Positions 9,508 to 18,715 of a stretch of DNA of 37,286 bases are shown piece by piece. Made by a program: the position numbers and the translations under genes. Location: positions 1 through 37,286 of IMG/VR virus record IMGVR_UViG_3300011339_000690, one strand, 5' to 3'. This DNA comes from a virus. Lineage: Duplodnaviria > Caudoviricetes. Each line of letters opens with the position of its first letter. Position 1 is the stretch's first letter. Under the pieces are notes generated by a model that saw nothing but the letters and a program-made list of their open reading frames with translations, was not told the DNA's origin and made no database searches.

Positions 9508-10343
9508 ATGATCTGGTAGTGGCTGCAACCAAGGCTATTCAGGCTTTCAACTCTCCACAAGAGGTTGAACAGGCGCTTATGCACGTTGAACAGGCCATAG
9601 CCCCCTTGGTTCACCACTTTGGCCCAGGTATCGCCATCAGGGAAATGAGCCTGCCTGCCGGTGTATTGATGTTGGGCCACAAACAGAAGTATGAGCATCT
9701 TTGCATCCTGTTGGATGGTGAAATGCTGGTGAAGCTGGAAGAGAACGATGAGCCTGTCCACATAGAGGCCCCCGCCCTGTTCACGGCCAAGCCTGGGCAG
9801 AAGATCATGTTCACCATTACAGACTGCGTGTTCCAGAACGTGTATGCCTCAGACCTGAAAGATGGGGCATCCGTTGAAGACCATTTCATCGAGAAGAACG
9901 ACAACTTCTACCAGAACGAAGCCATGAAGTTTGCCTATGAACAGATGGATAAGGCGGCTGACCGTGAAGACTACTTCAAGTTCTTGGTTGAGTTGGGCAT
10001 GGATCATTTTGACTTCCTCAAGACCTTCATGGCCGAGCCTGTCAACATGATCGAAAGCGGCATCACCCAGTTGAGTCCGTCACCTATTGAGGGGGTTGGC
10101 CTGTATGTGACCTGCCCTGTCATGGCTGGCGAGGTCATCATGCCTGCCACGGTTAACGGGGTTCGCACCCAAGCGGGCCGGTATGTGAACCATAGCCGTC
10201 ACCCTAACTGTAAGATGGTGCTAAAGGCTGATGGCGAATATGACTTAGTGGCACTGGAAACCCTGTACGGCTGTGTTGGTGGCAATGCAGGTCAAGAACT
10301 CACAGTTGATTACAGGCACTTGTTTGCCTTCATGAAGAGGTAA
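9504..10343 (+). CDS. Cupin-like + SET-domain protein (putative lysine methyltransferase)
   Basis: SET motifs SPIEGVGLY, RYVNHSRHPN and GQELTVDY; N-terminal cupin-like GHKQKYEHLCILLDG. Confidence 0.8.
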   Translation: MNDLVVAATKAIQAFNSPQEVEQALMHVEQAIAPLVHHFGPGIAIREMSLPAGVLMLGHKQKYEHLCILLDGEMLVKLEENDEPVHIEAPALFTAKPGQKIMFTITDCVFQNVYASDLKDGASVEDHFIEKNDNFYQNEAMKFAYEQMDKAADREDYFKFLVELGMDHFDFLKTFMAEPVNMIESGITQLSPSPIEGVGLYVTCPVMAGEVIMPATVNGVRTQAGRYVNHSRHPNCKMVLKADGEYDLVALETLYGCVGGNAGQELTVDYRHLFAFMKR

Positions 10344-10348
10344 GAGAT

Positions 10349-11173
10349 ATGTCAGCAGTAATGGCTGCGATGGTGATAGGTGGGGCGCAACTAGGTGCCG
10401 GTGTCCTTGGTGCTATGGGGTCACGCAGTGCCGCTAAGCGTCAAGAACGTGCTGCCAGACGTGCCTTGGCGTTGCAGCGACAAATGTTTGCCACCCAGCA
10501 AGCAAACCTTGAACCCTTCCGGGCTAGTGGTGTTCGCGCCCAAAACGAACTGATGAAACTGCTTGGCCTTGGTGGCGATACCCAGGCTGAGGGCTATGGG
10601 GCACTGGCTCGGGATTTTGGGATGCAAGACTTCCAGCAAGACCCTGGGTACGCCTTCCGAATGTCTGAGGGCTTGAAAGCTTTGGAACGCTCCGCTGCCG
10701 GTAGGGGTGGTGCTGCCTCTGGTGCCGCTATGAAGGGGATCACCCAATATGGACAGAATCTGGCCTCTCAAGAGTATCAAAACGCTTTTAACCGATATAT
10801 GGCAAATCGCCAATCTCGCCTTTCGCCTTTGCAGAACCTTATGGGCATGGGCGCCGGTGCTGCTTCAGGTCTGTCTAACGCTGCTGGCCAATTTGGACAG
10901 GTTGGTGGTCAGAGTTATGGGGATATAGGCAATGCCCAAGCAGCAGGCATCATGGGGCCAATCAATGCACTGGCTGGTGGTATTGGCGGGGCAGTGAACA
11001 CTTATCAGACTGGCCAGTTGATAAACTCGCTGAGGCAGGGTGGCGGTGGCTTTTACGGCGGTGGAAGCATCTACTCCAACCCAGGGGAATTACAGTCGGG
11101 TGTCACTTCATTGAGCGGCCCCGGTGGTTCATATTTGGGCGACGTCAATCTTCTCCCCAATAGCCTTTCGTAA
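10349..11173 (+). CDS. DNA ejection/transfer protein (P22 gp7-like)
   Basis: Hydrophobic Gly/Ala N-terminus; FQQDPGYAFRMSEG and YGQNLASQEYQNAFNR motifs; synteny. Confidence 0.8.
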   Translation: MSAVMAAMVIGGAQLGAGVLGAMGSRSAAKRQERAARRALALQRQMFATQQANLEPFRASGVRAQNELMKLLGLGGDTQAEGYGALARDFGMQDFQQDPGYAFRMSEGLKALERSAAGRGGAASGAAMKGITQYGQNLASQEYQNAFNRYMANRQSRLSPLQNLMGMGAGAASGLSNAAGQFGQVGGQSYGDIGNAQAAGIMGPINALAGGIGGAVNTYQTGQLINSLRQGGGGFYGGGSIYSNPGELQSGVTSLSGPGGSYLGDVNLLPNSLS

Positions 11174-11184
11174 GGAACAGAATC

Positions 11185-12867
11185 ATGCCTATTAATCCAG
11201 CCATAGCCATGAGTTTTCAAGCTCCCAAGTTTGAAGACCCCATGAACCGTTTGGTGCAAGCGGAGCAGATCAAAGCGTACCAACAGAACGCGCTCGCCAA
11301 GCAAATGGAAATTGAAATTGCTCGACGCGAAATGGATCAAAAAAGTGGTTTGCGAAATTACTTGGCCGCTATGAAGTCAGGTGAGTCACTCAGCCCTGCC
11401 GACTTGGCTCAGTTTGGCGAAACTGGTTTGAAGTACGGCAAGTTGATACAGGAAATGGAAGCGCAGCAATCGACCAAGCGAAAGGCAGATACTGACGCTG
11501 CTATGAAGATCCATGAGTATTACTTGACCGGGGTACCTGAACTCAAAACCGTAGATGACGCATTCAACTGGGCTAAGACCTATCGAAGCGACCCTCGTCT
11601 GAAACCGCTTACGTCGGGAATGTCAGACGAAGAGGCTTTTGCACGACTGCCGAAAACACCCGAGGCACTCGAGCGGTGGAAGTCGAATCTGTTGGTGCCG
11701 TTCAAGGACCAGCAGCAGCGCAGCACTGATCAGTTGAAGAATCTCGACGCAGAGATCAACAGCCTCACTGGCAAACTGAATGCCTATACCCCTGAAGGCG
11801 TACTGACAACAGATCCGGCAGTTGCTCAACAACTTGCCGTTCTGCAAGCACGACGCGCTCAGTTGGTGGGCGGCATGGGCGCACCTGCTGCCGGTGGTCA
11901 ACCGATGCCTCCGGATCTGACTGGAGCTATAGAAGGCGTGCAGCCTTCTGTGGTGCCGCCGCCTGTTGCTCCAGATAGCGTCCCAGGGCTTCGCACGCTT
12001 CCGCAGCTTCCGACCGATCAAGCTGTTCCAACTACGCTCCCGTCGCGGCCCGGTGATCAAGGTAAAATGGTACCTCTTGCCGGAGCACCGGAAGATGTGA
12101 CTACACAGGTTGCAAAAGCCCGAGCGGATATTGCTGAAAAACAGCAAGACATCAAGTATCAGGCTGAGTTGAGAAAGAACAAGCCCAAGGTAATAAACCA
12201 AACGAAGTCTGCATTCGCGTCGCTTGATGAACTTGCGTCAAACGTCGATAAACTACTTGGAGATGTCATTGGTGAAGATCCTACTCAAGCTTCATCGTAT
12301 GCTGGACATCCTGGATTGAGTGACGTCAGCGGAAGATTTTTGGGAACTGAAGCCGGTAAAGAATATCTTGGTAGATTCAAATCTGACGAAGCCGCAGATG
12401 CGTTTGAAACTCAAAAAACGCTTAATTCCCAGAAATTCATGGGGTCGATTGAGCAGTTGAAAGCATTGAGTCCGACAGGATCTACTGGTTTGGGTGCGTT
12501 GGCTGTCAGAGAAGGTGAAGAACTTAAAAATGCTTTTGCTGACATAGGATCTGCGCGAAATACCGAAACGTACAAACAGAAGCTTATTGAGTTTAAAGCC
12601 AAGCTTGATCGCGTCAAAAGACGCCTTGCTGAAGGGGTTAACACTGAGTATGGCGAAGATGTCATACCAATGTCCGATTTCGGTGGCGGCGGTGCTACCG
12701 GTGAAGACATGACGCTGATAGGTACTAATCGTAAAGTGCCTACTCAAGCTCCAACTTCTGCGGGATCAAAAGTACCATTGGGTCCAAAAATTGGAACTAT
12801 TGAAGATGGGTATAGATTCAAAGGCGGCGATCCTTCCAATAGCGCAAATTGGCAAAAGGTAGAATAA
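11185..12867 (+). CDS. DNA ejection protein (gp20 position)
   Basis: Helical protein, second of the ejection trio; GLGALAVREGEEL motif; C-terminal GYRFKGGDP...NW. Confidence 0.65.
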   Translation: MPINPAIAMSFQAPKFEDPMNRLVQAEQIKAYQQNALAKQMEIEIARREMDQKSGLRNYLAAMKSGESLSPADLAQFGETGLKYGKLIQEMEAQQSTKRKADTDAAMKIHEYYLTGVPELKTVDDAFNWAKTYRSDPRLKPLTSGMSDEEAFARLPKTPEALERWKSNLLVPFKDQQQRSTDQLKNLDAEINSLTGKLNAYTPEGVLTTDPAVAQQLAVLQARRAQLVGGMGAPAAGGQPMPPDLTGAIEGVQPSVVPPPVAPDSVPGLRTLPQLPTDQAVPTTLPSRPGDQGKMVPLAGAPEDVTTQVAKARADIAEKQQDIKYQAELRKNKPKVINQTKSAFASLDELASNVDKLLGDVIGEDPTQASSYAGHPGLSDVSGRFLGTEAGKEYLGRFKSDEAADAFETQKTLNSQKFMGSIEQLKALSPTGSTGLGALAVREGEELKNAFADIGSARNTETYKQKLIEFKAKLDRVKRRLAEGVNTEYGEDVIPMSDFGGGGATGEDMTLIGTNRKVPTQAPTSAGSKVPLGPKIGTIEDGYRFKGGDPSNSANWQKVE

Positions 12868-12869
12868 TT

Positions 12870-14474
12870 ATGGGCGCTGCACCGTGGGAAAAATATCAAA
12901 CTGCTCAACCGACTCCAGCGGGGTCTGCGGCTCCTTGGGAAAAATACACCAAAGCGCCTGCAAAACCTCAGGCCAGTACGCTCGAGATCATCAGGCAGGC
13001 TCCAGGGAGAGCCGTGGCCGGTGTCGCGGAAGGTATCGCTCAGACTCCTGAGAACATCCTCAACTTGGCGAAGATGGCGTATGGCACAGGGGTTACCGCG
13101 GCAGGGTTTCCCGGAATGGCTCCTTCCGTCGAGTCGCCTCCGCAGCGGATCATCCCGTTGCTTGAGATGACTGGAATCCTGCCACCACTTGGTGAAATGA
13201 CGCCGGGGCAGAAGGTACTGAACACCGGTCTGCAGGCCGGCTTGGCAGGCTTGGTATCGCCCGCTGCAGGGGCTAGAGAAGTGATGTCCACTGGTCTGAA
13301 GGGGGCACTGGGCGGGGCTGCAGGCGAGGCGGTCACGCAACAGACCGGCAACGAACTACTGGGGTTGGCCACTACATTGGCTACTCCAGGGTTGGCCACC
13401 AAGGCGGCTCAGTCTAGGCAAGCTTCCCTGCAGGCTCAAACGCCCAAGCTGAACGCATTGGCCGAGGCTCGAGCCGCCGGGTACAAGGTTGTCCCGAGTG
13501 ATATCGAACCTACGATGGGCCGCCGCTTGGTTGAAGGCATTAGTTCTCGAGAAGCCCTTGAGTCATCATTGGCAGCAAAGAACCAGAAGGTCACTGACCG
13601 GTTGGCACGGCAAGCATTGGGTCTTACCAAAAGTGATCCTCTTGATGAGAACACGCTCAAGAAACTTCGGACCGAAGCATATGAGACTGGGTACAAACCT
13701 ATTGAACAGGCAGGACGGATCAACGCTGATGTTGATTATTTGCTTGAACTGAATGACGTCGGACGAAAATACGGTAGCGTGACGCCGTCATTCCCAAAAG
13801 CAGCCAAAGATGAAGTTGAAAAAATTATTAAAGCTCACAGAGTGAACGGATTTGAAGGACGTGACGCTCTCAAGCGCATTAGTGACCTGCGGGCTGACGC
13901 TACCGCGGCATTTAAGCGAGATGAGAATGATCTTGGGTCAGCCATGCGGGGCGTTGCTGACGCACTCGAAAACCAGTTGGAACGGCACTTAAACGTTAAT
14001 AACGCTGGTGCAGTAGATCGATTCCGGCAGGCCCGCATTCAGATGGCCAAGACCCATGCGGTCGAAGCGGCGATGAAACGCGGAGAGGGGTCTGTGGATG
14101 CCACCAAACTGGCAAATTTATTCCAGCGGAAAGCACCATTAACGGACGAACTGGCGACAATTGCCCAGAGTGCAAATGCGTTTGGTAACGCGTTTCGACA
14201 ACCCGGCAAGGCCAAAGCGGCTGCAGATTTGGTTACGCCGGTTTCTTCAATATTAGGTGGGTTCGCGGGGAATGTCCCCGGTGCAATTGCTGGTGCTTTA
14301 GCGCCCGCCTTAGTCAGAGGCGGCGCTCGAGCGTACTTGGGTACCCCTTTGGGTCAGCGATCTGCTACGGTTGGCGTCAAGAACGTATTGTCAGAATTAA
14401 GCGGCCAAAACATTTCTGACCCACTTGTCCTTAATGCACTGCTGGCGAGTATCGCCGCGAACAGGAGCGAATAA
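12870..14474 (+). CDS. DNA ejection protein (gp16 position)
   Basis: Ala/Gly-rich with amphipathic segments; ATG at 12870; duplicated AAPWEKY at the N-terminus. Confidence 0.65.
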   Translation: MGAAPWEKYQTAQPTPAGSAAPWEKYTKAPAKPQASTLEIIRQAPGRAVAGVAEGIAQTPENILNLAKMAYGTGVTAAGFPGMAPSVESPPQRIIPLLEMTGILPPLGEMTPGQKVLNTGLQAGLAGLVSPAAGAREVMSTGLKGALGGAAGEAVTQQTGNELLGLATTLATPGLATKAAQSRQASLQAQTPKLNALAEARAAGYKVVPSDIEPTMGRRLVEGISSREALESSLAAKNQKVTDRLARQALGLTKSDPLDENTLKKLRTEAYETGYKPIEQAGRINADVDYLLELNDVGRKYGSVTPSFPKAAKDEVEKIIKAHRVNGFEGRDALKRISDLRADATAAFKRDENDLGSAMRGVADALENQLERHLNVNNAGAVDRFRQARIQMAKTHAVEAAMKRGEGSVDATKLANLFQRKAPLTDELATIAQSANAFGNAFRQPGKAKAAADLVTPVSSILGGFAGNVPGAIAGALAPALVRGGARAYLGTPLGQRSATVGVKNVLSELSGQNISDPLVLNALLASIAANRSE

Positions 14475-15460
14475 TGTCAATCTTGACCCCCATGCCGGTG
14501 ATGCAGTTCTTCGACAACAACGGTGACCCGTTGGCCGGAGGCAGGCTGTATACCTACGAAGCAGGCACCACTACCCCCTTGGCGACTTATACCGACGAAA
14601 CAGGCGGTACAGCCAACCCAAACCCTGTGGTTCTTGATTCGGCTGGTCGGGCCAATATCTGGCTTGCCACTACCGACCTGTATTACTGGGAACTGGAAGA
14701 TTCAGCAGGCAGTCAAATTTGGACGGCTGACAACATCGGTTCTGTGTCCGGCACTGCTGATGTCTCTGGCCCTGCGTCTTCAACGGACAATGCGGTTGTC
14801 AGGTTTGATGGCGTGACCGGCAAGATCATCCAGAACAGTAGCGTGATCATATCGGACGCTGGTGCTGTCTCTGCTGCGTCCCTGTCGTTGACCACGGCCC
14901 TGTCGATTGCCAACGGTGGTACGGGATCTACCACGGCAGCAGGGGCTAGAACCAACCTGGGCTTGGGCAACCTTGCCGTATTGGGCAATGCCGACTACGG
15001 GGACATCACCGTCAGTGGTGCCAATAGCGATGTATGGACGATTGATAACAACGCCGTGACTCGGGCCAAGATCATCGATGGTGCGGTGAATGGTGCCAAA
15101 CTGTCAGGCGCTCAGACTGGAGACGCTCCGGTATACGGCATACGGGCATGGGTGAGCTTTGATGGTACGGGTGCTGGTGCCACCAGGACAATCCGTGGAT
15201 CTGGCAACGTAACCTCGGTAACAGACAATGGGACGGGGGATTACACCATCAACTTTACGACTGCCATGCCTGATGCCAACTACGCTGTGGCAGGCTGTAC
15301 GGGGGGTGCTGGTGGTACGTCTACCAACGGCGGGATAGTGGTTTGCTTTCCTTCCTCTGGTAGCCCCATCTATACCCTGTCTGCCGTCCAGATCGAGACG
15401 TTCCTGCCCGGTGGTGGCAACACTGACCGGCCCTATGTCAGCGTGTGGGTAGTGAGGTAA
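14474..15460 (+). CDS. Tail fibre/tailspike with P22-type head-binding N-terminal domain
   Basis: QFFDNNGDPLAGGRLYTYEAGTTTP...NPVVLDSAGRA; C-terminal RAWVSFDG...NVTSVTDNGTGDYTINF. Confidence 0.85.
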   Translation: MSILTPMPVMQFFDNNGDPLAGGRLYTYEAGTTTPLATYTDETGGTANPNPVVLDSAGRANIWLATTDLYYWELEDSAGSQIWTADNIGSVSGTADVSGPASSTDNAVVRFDGVTGKIIQNSSVIISDAGAVSAASLSLTTALSIANGGTGSTTAAGARTNLGLGNLAVLGNADYGDITVSGANSDVWTIDNNAVTRAKIIDGAVNGAKLSGAQTGDAPVYGIRAWVSFDGTGAGATRTIRGSGNVTSVTDNGTGDYTINFTTAMPDANYAVAGCTGGAGGTSTNGGIVVCFPSSGSPIYTLSAVQIETFLPGGGNTDRPYVSVWVVR

Positions 15461-15462
15461 TC

Positions 15463-15684
15463 ATGGACCGGATCATCTATGCTAGAGCAGACGGTGGTGT
15501 GTCGATAGTGACTGCCACCGATGAATGGCAGGGGACGTTGGACGAACTGGCCCGGAAGGTTGTTCCACATGGAACACCGTACAAGCTTGTTCACCATACC
15601 GACCTGCCAACCGATAGAGCATGGCGCGACGCTTGGGTACTGGAAGACGACTTTGTACCCGATGGTTTAGGGGAAGCACGATGA
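15463..15684 (+). CDS. Putative tail fibre assembly protein (N-terminal-type module)
   Basis: GAGGT RBS; KVVPHGTPYKLV...LPTDRAWRDAW motif; directly after the fibre gene. Confidence 0.6.
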   Translation: MDRIIYARADGGVSIVTATDEWQGTLDELARKVVPHGTPYKLVHHTDLPTDRAWRDAWVLEDDFVPDGLGEAR

Positions 15685-15911
15685 TCAAAGTGGACATCAA
15701 CAAAGCCAAGAACATAGCCCACAACATCCGTAGACAGCAGCGTTCCAAAGAGTTTGCCCCCTTGGACGACCTGATTTCTAAGCAGATTCCAGGGTGGGAA
15801 GGTGCCGAGGCCAAGCGCCAGGTGATCCGTGACAAATACGCTGCCCTGCAAGACGACATCGATGCCGCTGGTGATGTAGCAGCCCTCAACAGTGTTCTGG
15901 TGCGCTTATGA
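15681..15911 (+). CDS. Putative tail fibre assembly chaperone (C-terminal-type module)
   Basis: ATGA overlap; KAKNIAHNIRRQQRSKEFAPLD...RQVIRD motif. Confidence 0.6.
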   Translation: MIKVDINKAKNIAHNIRRQQRSKEFAPLDDLISKQIPGWEGAEAKRQVIRDKYAALQDDIDAAGDVAALNSVLVRL

Positions 15912-16117
15912 GCGAACAAATCGATCCGGTGCAGTACGGCGTGTTGCTCCAGAAAGTGAACACGATGGAAAAGGAAGTGTCCGAGCTAAGGCGAGACATG
16001 CACCAGTTGCTGGAACTCGCCAACAAGTCTAGGGGTGGGTTTTGGGCAGGCATGGCCGTGGTGTCAGGCTTGTCCACTGCTGCGGGGTTTGTAATGGCCT
16101 ATTTTGGGAAGCACTGA
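15908..16117 (+). CDS. Coiled-coil protein with C-terminal TM segment (holin/antiholin- or XhlA-like)
   Basis: Coiled coil followed by hydrophobic GGFWAGMAVVSGLSTAAGFVMAYF; in the lysis cassette. Confidence 0.6.
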   Translation: MSEQIDPVQYGVLLQKVNTMEKEVSELRRDMHQLLELANKSRGGFWAGMAVVSGLSTAAGFVMAYFGKH

Positions 16118-16118
16118 C

Positions 16119-16289
16119 ATGAAAGAGTATATCCGTGACCGACTGCAAGAACCGTCCACTTGGCGAGGCATGGTCTTGATCTGCACTGCTTTTGGCGTGC
16201 CGATTGCCCCTCAGATGGCTGAGGCCATCATCACCATCGGGCTTGCGCTCTCTGGCGGCATCGGCGTCCTGACCTCGGATAAAAAATGA
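16119..16289 (+). CDS. Putative holin (2 TM)
   Basis: RLQEPSTWRG followed by two hydrophobic segments; overlaps the lysozyme start. Confidence 0.7.
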   Translation: MKEYIRDRLQEPSTWRGMVLICTAFGVPIAPQMAEAIITIGLALSGGIGVLTSDKK

Positions 16290-16732
16290 AAGCCCTGTAC
16301 GATCTGGTCAAACAGTTTGAGGGATGCAAGCTGAAAGCCTACAAATGCCCCGCTGGGGTGTGGACTTGTGGCTGGGGTAGTACGGGGCCGGATGTCACAG
16401 AGAACACCACCTGGACGCAACAGCAGGCCGATGACAGGCTGGAACGGGATCTGGGAAGGTTCATCAATGGCGTGGTCAGAACCAGCCCTAACCTGATGGC
16501 TCACCCCAACCGGCTAGCGGCTGTCACAAGCTTTGCCTACAACGTGGGCATCGGGGCGTATCAGAAGTCCACCATGAAGAAAAAGATCGATGCTGAGGAT
16601 TGGTCTGGTGCGCAGGCTGAGTTCAGCCGGTGGACTAGAGCTGGTGGCAGGGAGTTGCCTGGGTTGGTCAGACGCAGGCAGGCAGAGGCTGAGTTATTTG
16701 CCACTCCACATCAAAACGATAAGGGCGGCTAG
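16286..16732 (+). CDS. Endolysin, GH24 phage lysozyme
   Basis: FEGCKLKAYKCPAGVWTCGWG (E-x8-C-x5-T), SFAYNVG, GLVRRRQAEAELF. Confidence 0.93.
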   Translation: MKALYDLVKQFEGCKLKAYKCPAGVWTCGWGSTGPDVTENTTWTQQQADDRLERDLGRFINGVVRTSPNLMAHPNRLAAVTSFAYNVGIGAYQKSTMKKKIDAEDWSGAQAEFSRWTRAGGRELPGLVRRRQAEAELFATPHQNDKGG

Positions 16733-16772
16733 GGTTACGCTGATCAGCAGAACCCCTGCCGTTAAGTCCGTG

Positions 16773-16973
16773 TCAGTCATTACTTATCCCATGCGCCCGT
16801 TCGATTGTTTTAACGTAGCATTGAGCGTGATACACAACTCCGGGCGCATCCGATTTGTATTGCTGTCCTACCTCAAATTTGCCGCCACAGTGATAACAAC
16901 GATGTGGCAGGAAAGATGTCATGCATCGGCATTCGGCGCGAAGCATACAGCATCTGTCGCATCTTTCATTCAT
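16773..16973 (-). CDS. Small Cys/His Zn-finger-like protein
   Basis: CxxC pairs and HxxC; GGAGG RBS; ends ERAHGISND. Confidence 0.6.
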   Translation of the reverse strand: MNERCDRCCMLRAECRCMTSFLPHRCYHCGGKFEVGQQYKSDAPGVVYHAQCYVKTIERAHGISND

Positions 16974-17023
16974 GACTCACCTCCAGCAATCATGGCCACC
17001 GTCAATCCCATGCGCCCGTTCGA
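16786..17023. repeat. 19-bp perfect direct repeat ATCCCATGCGCCCGTTCGA at 16786-16804 and 17005-17023
   Basis: Read directly; both copies encode ERAHGI near the ends of adjacent genes. Confidence 0.9.
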
Positions 17024-17354
17024 CGACTCGCACCAGTTCGCGCATAGTGCAACCGTTGGGCGGCAATTCAAGATTGTCGATCTCCTCATCCGTCAGCGAC
17101 TTGCGGGCTGGTGGGTAGGTGTAGAGTGGCGCAGTTTTCCATCCGTCTGAATCTTCAGGTTTCCAATCCGTAGCCATTATGTGGCAATGGGTATCATTCA
17201 TCAGCATCCACGCCACCGGCTCCTGCTCCGGCTCGGCCAGTGCTTCGCGGATGGCTGATACAGCGGAGTCACACTTGAAGAATGGCGCTCCGTTTGTTTG
17301 ATAGTCTTCCAATGCTTCCAGCGCCAGTTGTAGCGCTTCACGATGCTTGCTCAT
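16977..17354 (-). CDS. Hypothetical phage protein (EPVAW...PLY accessory family)
   Basis: Likely start 17354 (ATGA overlap); REALQLALEALE, EQEPVAW, LTDEEI motifs. Confidence 0.7.
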   Translation of the reverse strand: MSKHREALQLALEALEDYQTNGAPFFKCDSAVSAIREALAEPEQEPVAWMLMNDTHCHIMATDWKPEDSDGWKTAPLYTYPPARKSLTDEEIDNLELPPNGCTMRELVRVVERAHGIDGGHDCWR

Positions 17355-17542
17355 ATCTTCCTTCCCATCGTAATGTTCTTCTGCGCCCTGACCTTGCTGT
17401 TGTCCCATGACCAGATCTCCCCATCCTGCCCAAAACAGACCCAAAGCAAATTGTGTTCCGGGCCGTAGTCGATCACCAAATGGGCCAATGCAGGCCCTTT
17501 AGGCGTATCCAAGGGCAACGGCGGGTTGAGTTGCTGGATCAC
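17351..17542 (-). CDS. Hypothetical phage protein
   Basis: Translationally coupled on both sides. Confidence 0.7.
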   Translation of the reverse strand: MIQQLNPPLPLDTPKGPALAHLVIDYGPEHNLLWVCFGQDGEIWSWDNSKVRAQKNITMGRKI

Positions 17543-17961
17543 TTCCCTGTACTCCCGAAACCACCAGCACCACGGTCTGTGTCGGACAGTTCGCCCTCTT
17601 CAAACGAGACCTGCTGGATGGGGATGATCATGCCCTGGGCTATCCTGTCACCGGGGAAAACATCTAAGGCAAAGAACCCATCGTTTTTAATCAGCGCCTT
17701 CACCTCTCCCCGATAGTCTGAGTCCACTACCCCTACGCTGTTGGCGAGTGATATGCGCTTGACCCCGTGTCCTGAACGGCTGTACAGCATCAAGGCGTAA
17801 CCCTCCGGCACCTCAACGGCAATCCCTGTACTAACGGCCTGCATGTCTTCCGCCCTGACCGTGACCCTTTCGGCGCTGTAAAGATCAAAGCAGGCAGCAC
17901 CTTTGGTGGCATACGTTGGCATCATGGCTTCTCTGGCAAGCCGTTTGAACTTCACGATCAT
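17539..17961 (-). CDS. dut: Trimeric dUTPase
   Basis: Motifs AACFDL, SRSG, GVVDSDYRGE, DRIAQ, RGAGGFGSTG. Confidence 0.97.
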   Translation of the reverse strand: MIVKFKRLAREAMMPTYATKGAACFDLYSAERVTVRAEDMQAVSTGIAVEVPEGYALMLYSRSGHGVKRISLANSVGVVDSDYRGEVKALIKNDGFFALDVFPGDRIAQGMIIPIQQVSFEEGELSDTDRGAGGFGSTGK

Positions 17962-18170
17962 GCCTGCGACCTCTCAGCAAATGACACCAGTTCGTCAGCG
18001 CAGTCATCAATCAACTCCTCTGCTGTCTCAGCAAACTCGCATTTGCCGATTTCCATCATGCTGTCGATGTTGCTGACATAACGCCAGTACGGGTGATTGT
18101 CTGCACTACTGGCTATTTTCCGGAACGTAGACCTCAGCATGGTCAACGCTTGTTTCTGATCCTGTGTCAT
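17958..18170 (-). CDS. Hypothetical protein
   Basis: ATGA coupling; AAGGAG RBS. Confidence 0.65.
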   Translation of the reverse strand: MTQDQKQALTMLRSTFRKIASSADNHPYWRYVSNIDSMMEIGKCEFAETAEELIDDCADELVSFAERSQA

Positions 18171-18340
18171 ACCAACTCCTTCAAATCGAACAACGTCTTC
18201 AGTTCTTTCCGCAACGGACTCACGTCCAGTTCCGGATGCTTGTCAGCCAGCAACTCGAGATACCGTAGAGCAGCCCGAGCCTGGGTGTGAGTCTGGCAGG
18301 AGTTGACCACCTTCCACGCCTTCTGGATCAACTCGTTCAT
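18167..18340 (-). CDS. Hypothetical protein (57 aa)
   Basis: Start MNELIQKAW at 18340 overlaps the upstream stop. Confidence 0.65.
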   Translation of the reverse strand: MNELIQKAWKVVNSCQTHTQARAALRYLELLADKHPELDVSPLRKELKTLFDLKELV

Positions 18341-18711
18341 AACACTTTCACCAACTTCTGCAGATACCAAATGGCCTTCTCGGCATTCTCTCGAGCCGAT
18401 CCCTTGTGATCCAGACGCCAGAGATACTTGATGGCGGCGGCTTTGCAGTAGCCTTTGAACTCTTCTGCGCTGAGCGCTGCTTGCAGTGCGTCGATGCATT
18501 CAATCCCTCCTTGGGTGTAGTGAGGCGGATGGTTGACCATATCGTAGTGGTCACCCGTGGGGCCGTTCTGGCCGATCACATCGATGCGGGCCTCGTCGAA
18601 TCTCATCGTCATCTGTCTCTCCTCTGGATGGAAACACGCGCCCGAGCACTCGCCCATGGGATAGCTGCACTCTGGCACCGCGCAAAGTTTCTTGCTCTGT
18701 ACGTTATACAT
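18337..18711 (-). CDS. DUF3310 (SaV / T7 gp1.7 nucleotide-kinase-like) protein
   Basis: DMVNHPPHYTQGGIECIDA...IKYLWR...KAIWYL. Confidence 0.85.
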   Translation of the reverse strand: MYNVQSKKLCAVPECSYPMGECSGACFHPEERQMTMRFDEARIDVIGQNGPTGDHYDMVNHPPHYTQGGIECIDALQAALSAEEFKGYCKAAAIKYLWRLDHKGSARENAEKAIWYLQKLVKVL

Positions 18712-18715
18712 TGTA

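Noticed and set aside
14474-15460. Diversity-generating retroelement target
   Set aside because: No reverse transcriptase and no template-repeat copy seen in the window
16590-17150. 186-aa ORF overlapping the lysozyme as a possible spanin
   Set aside because: No N-terminal TM or lipobox, and it overlaps better-supported minus-strand genes
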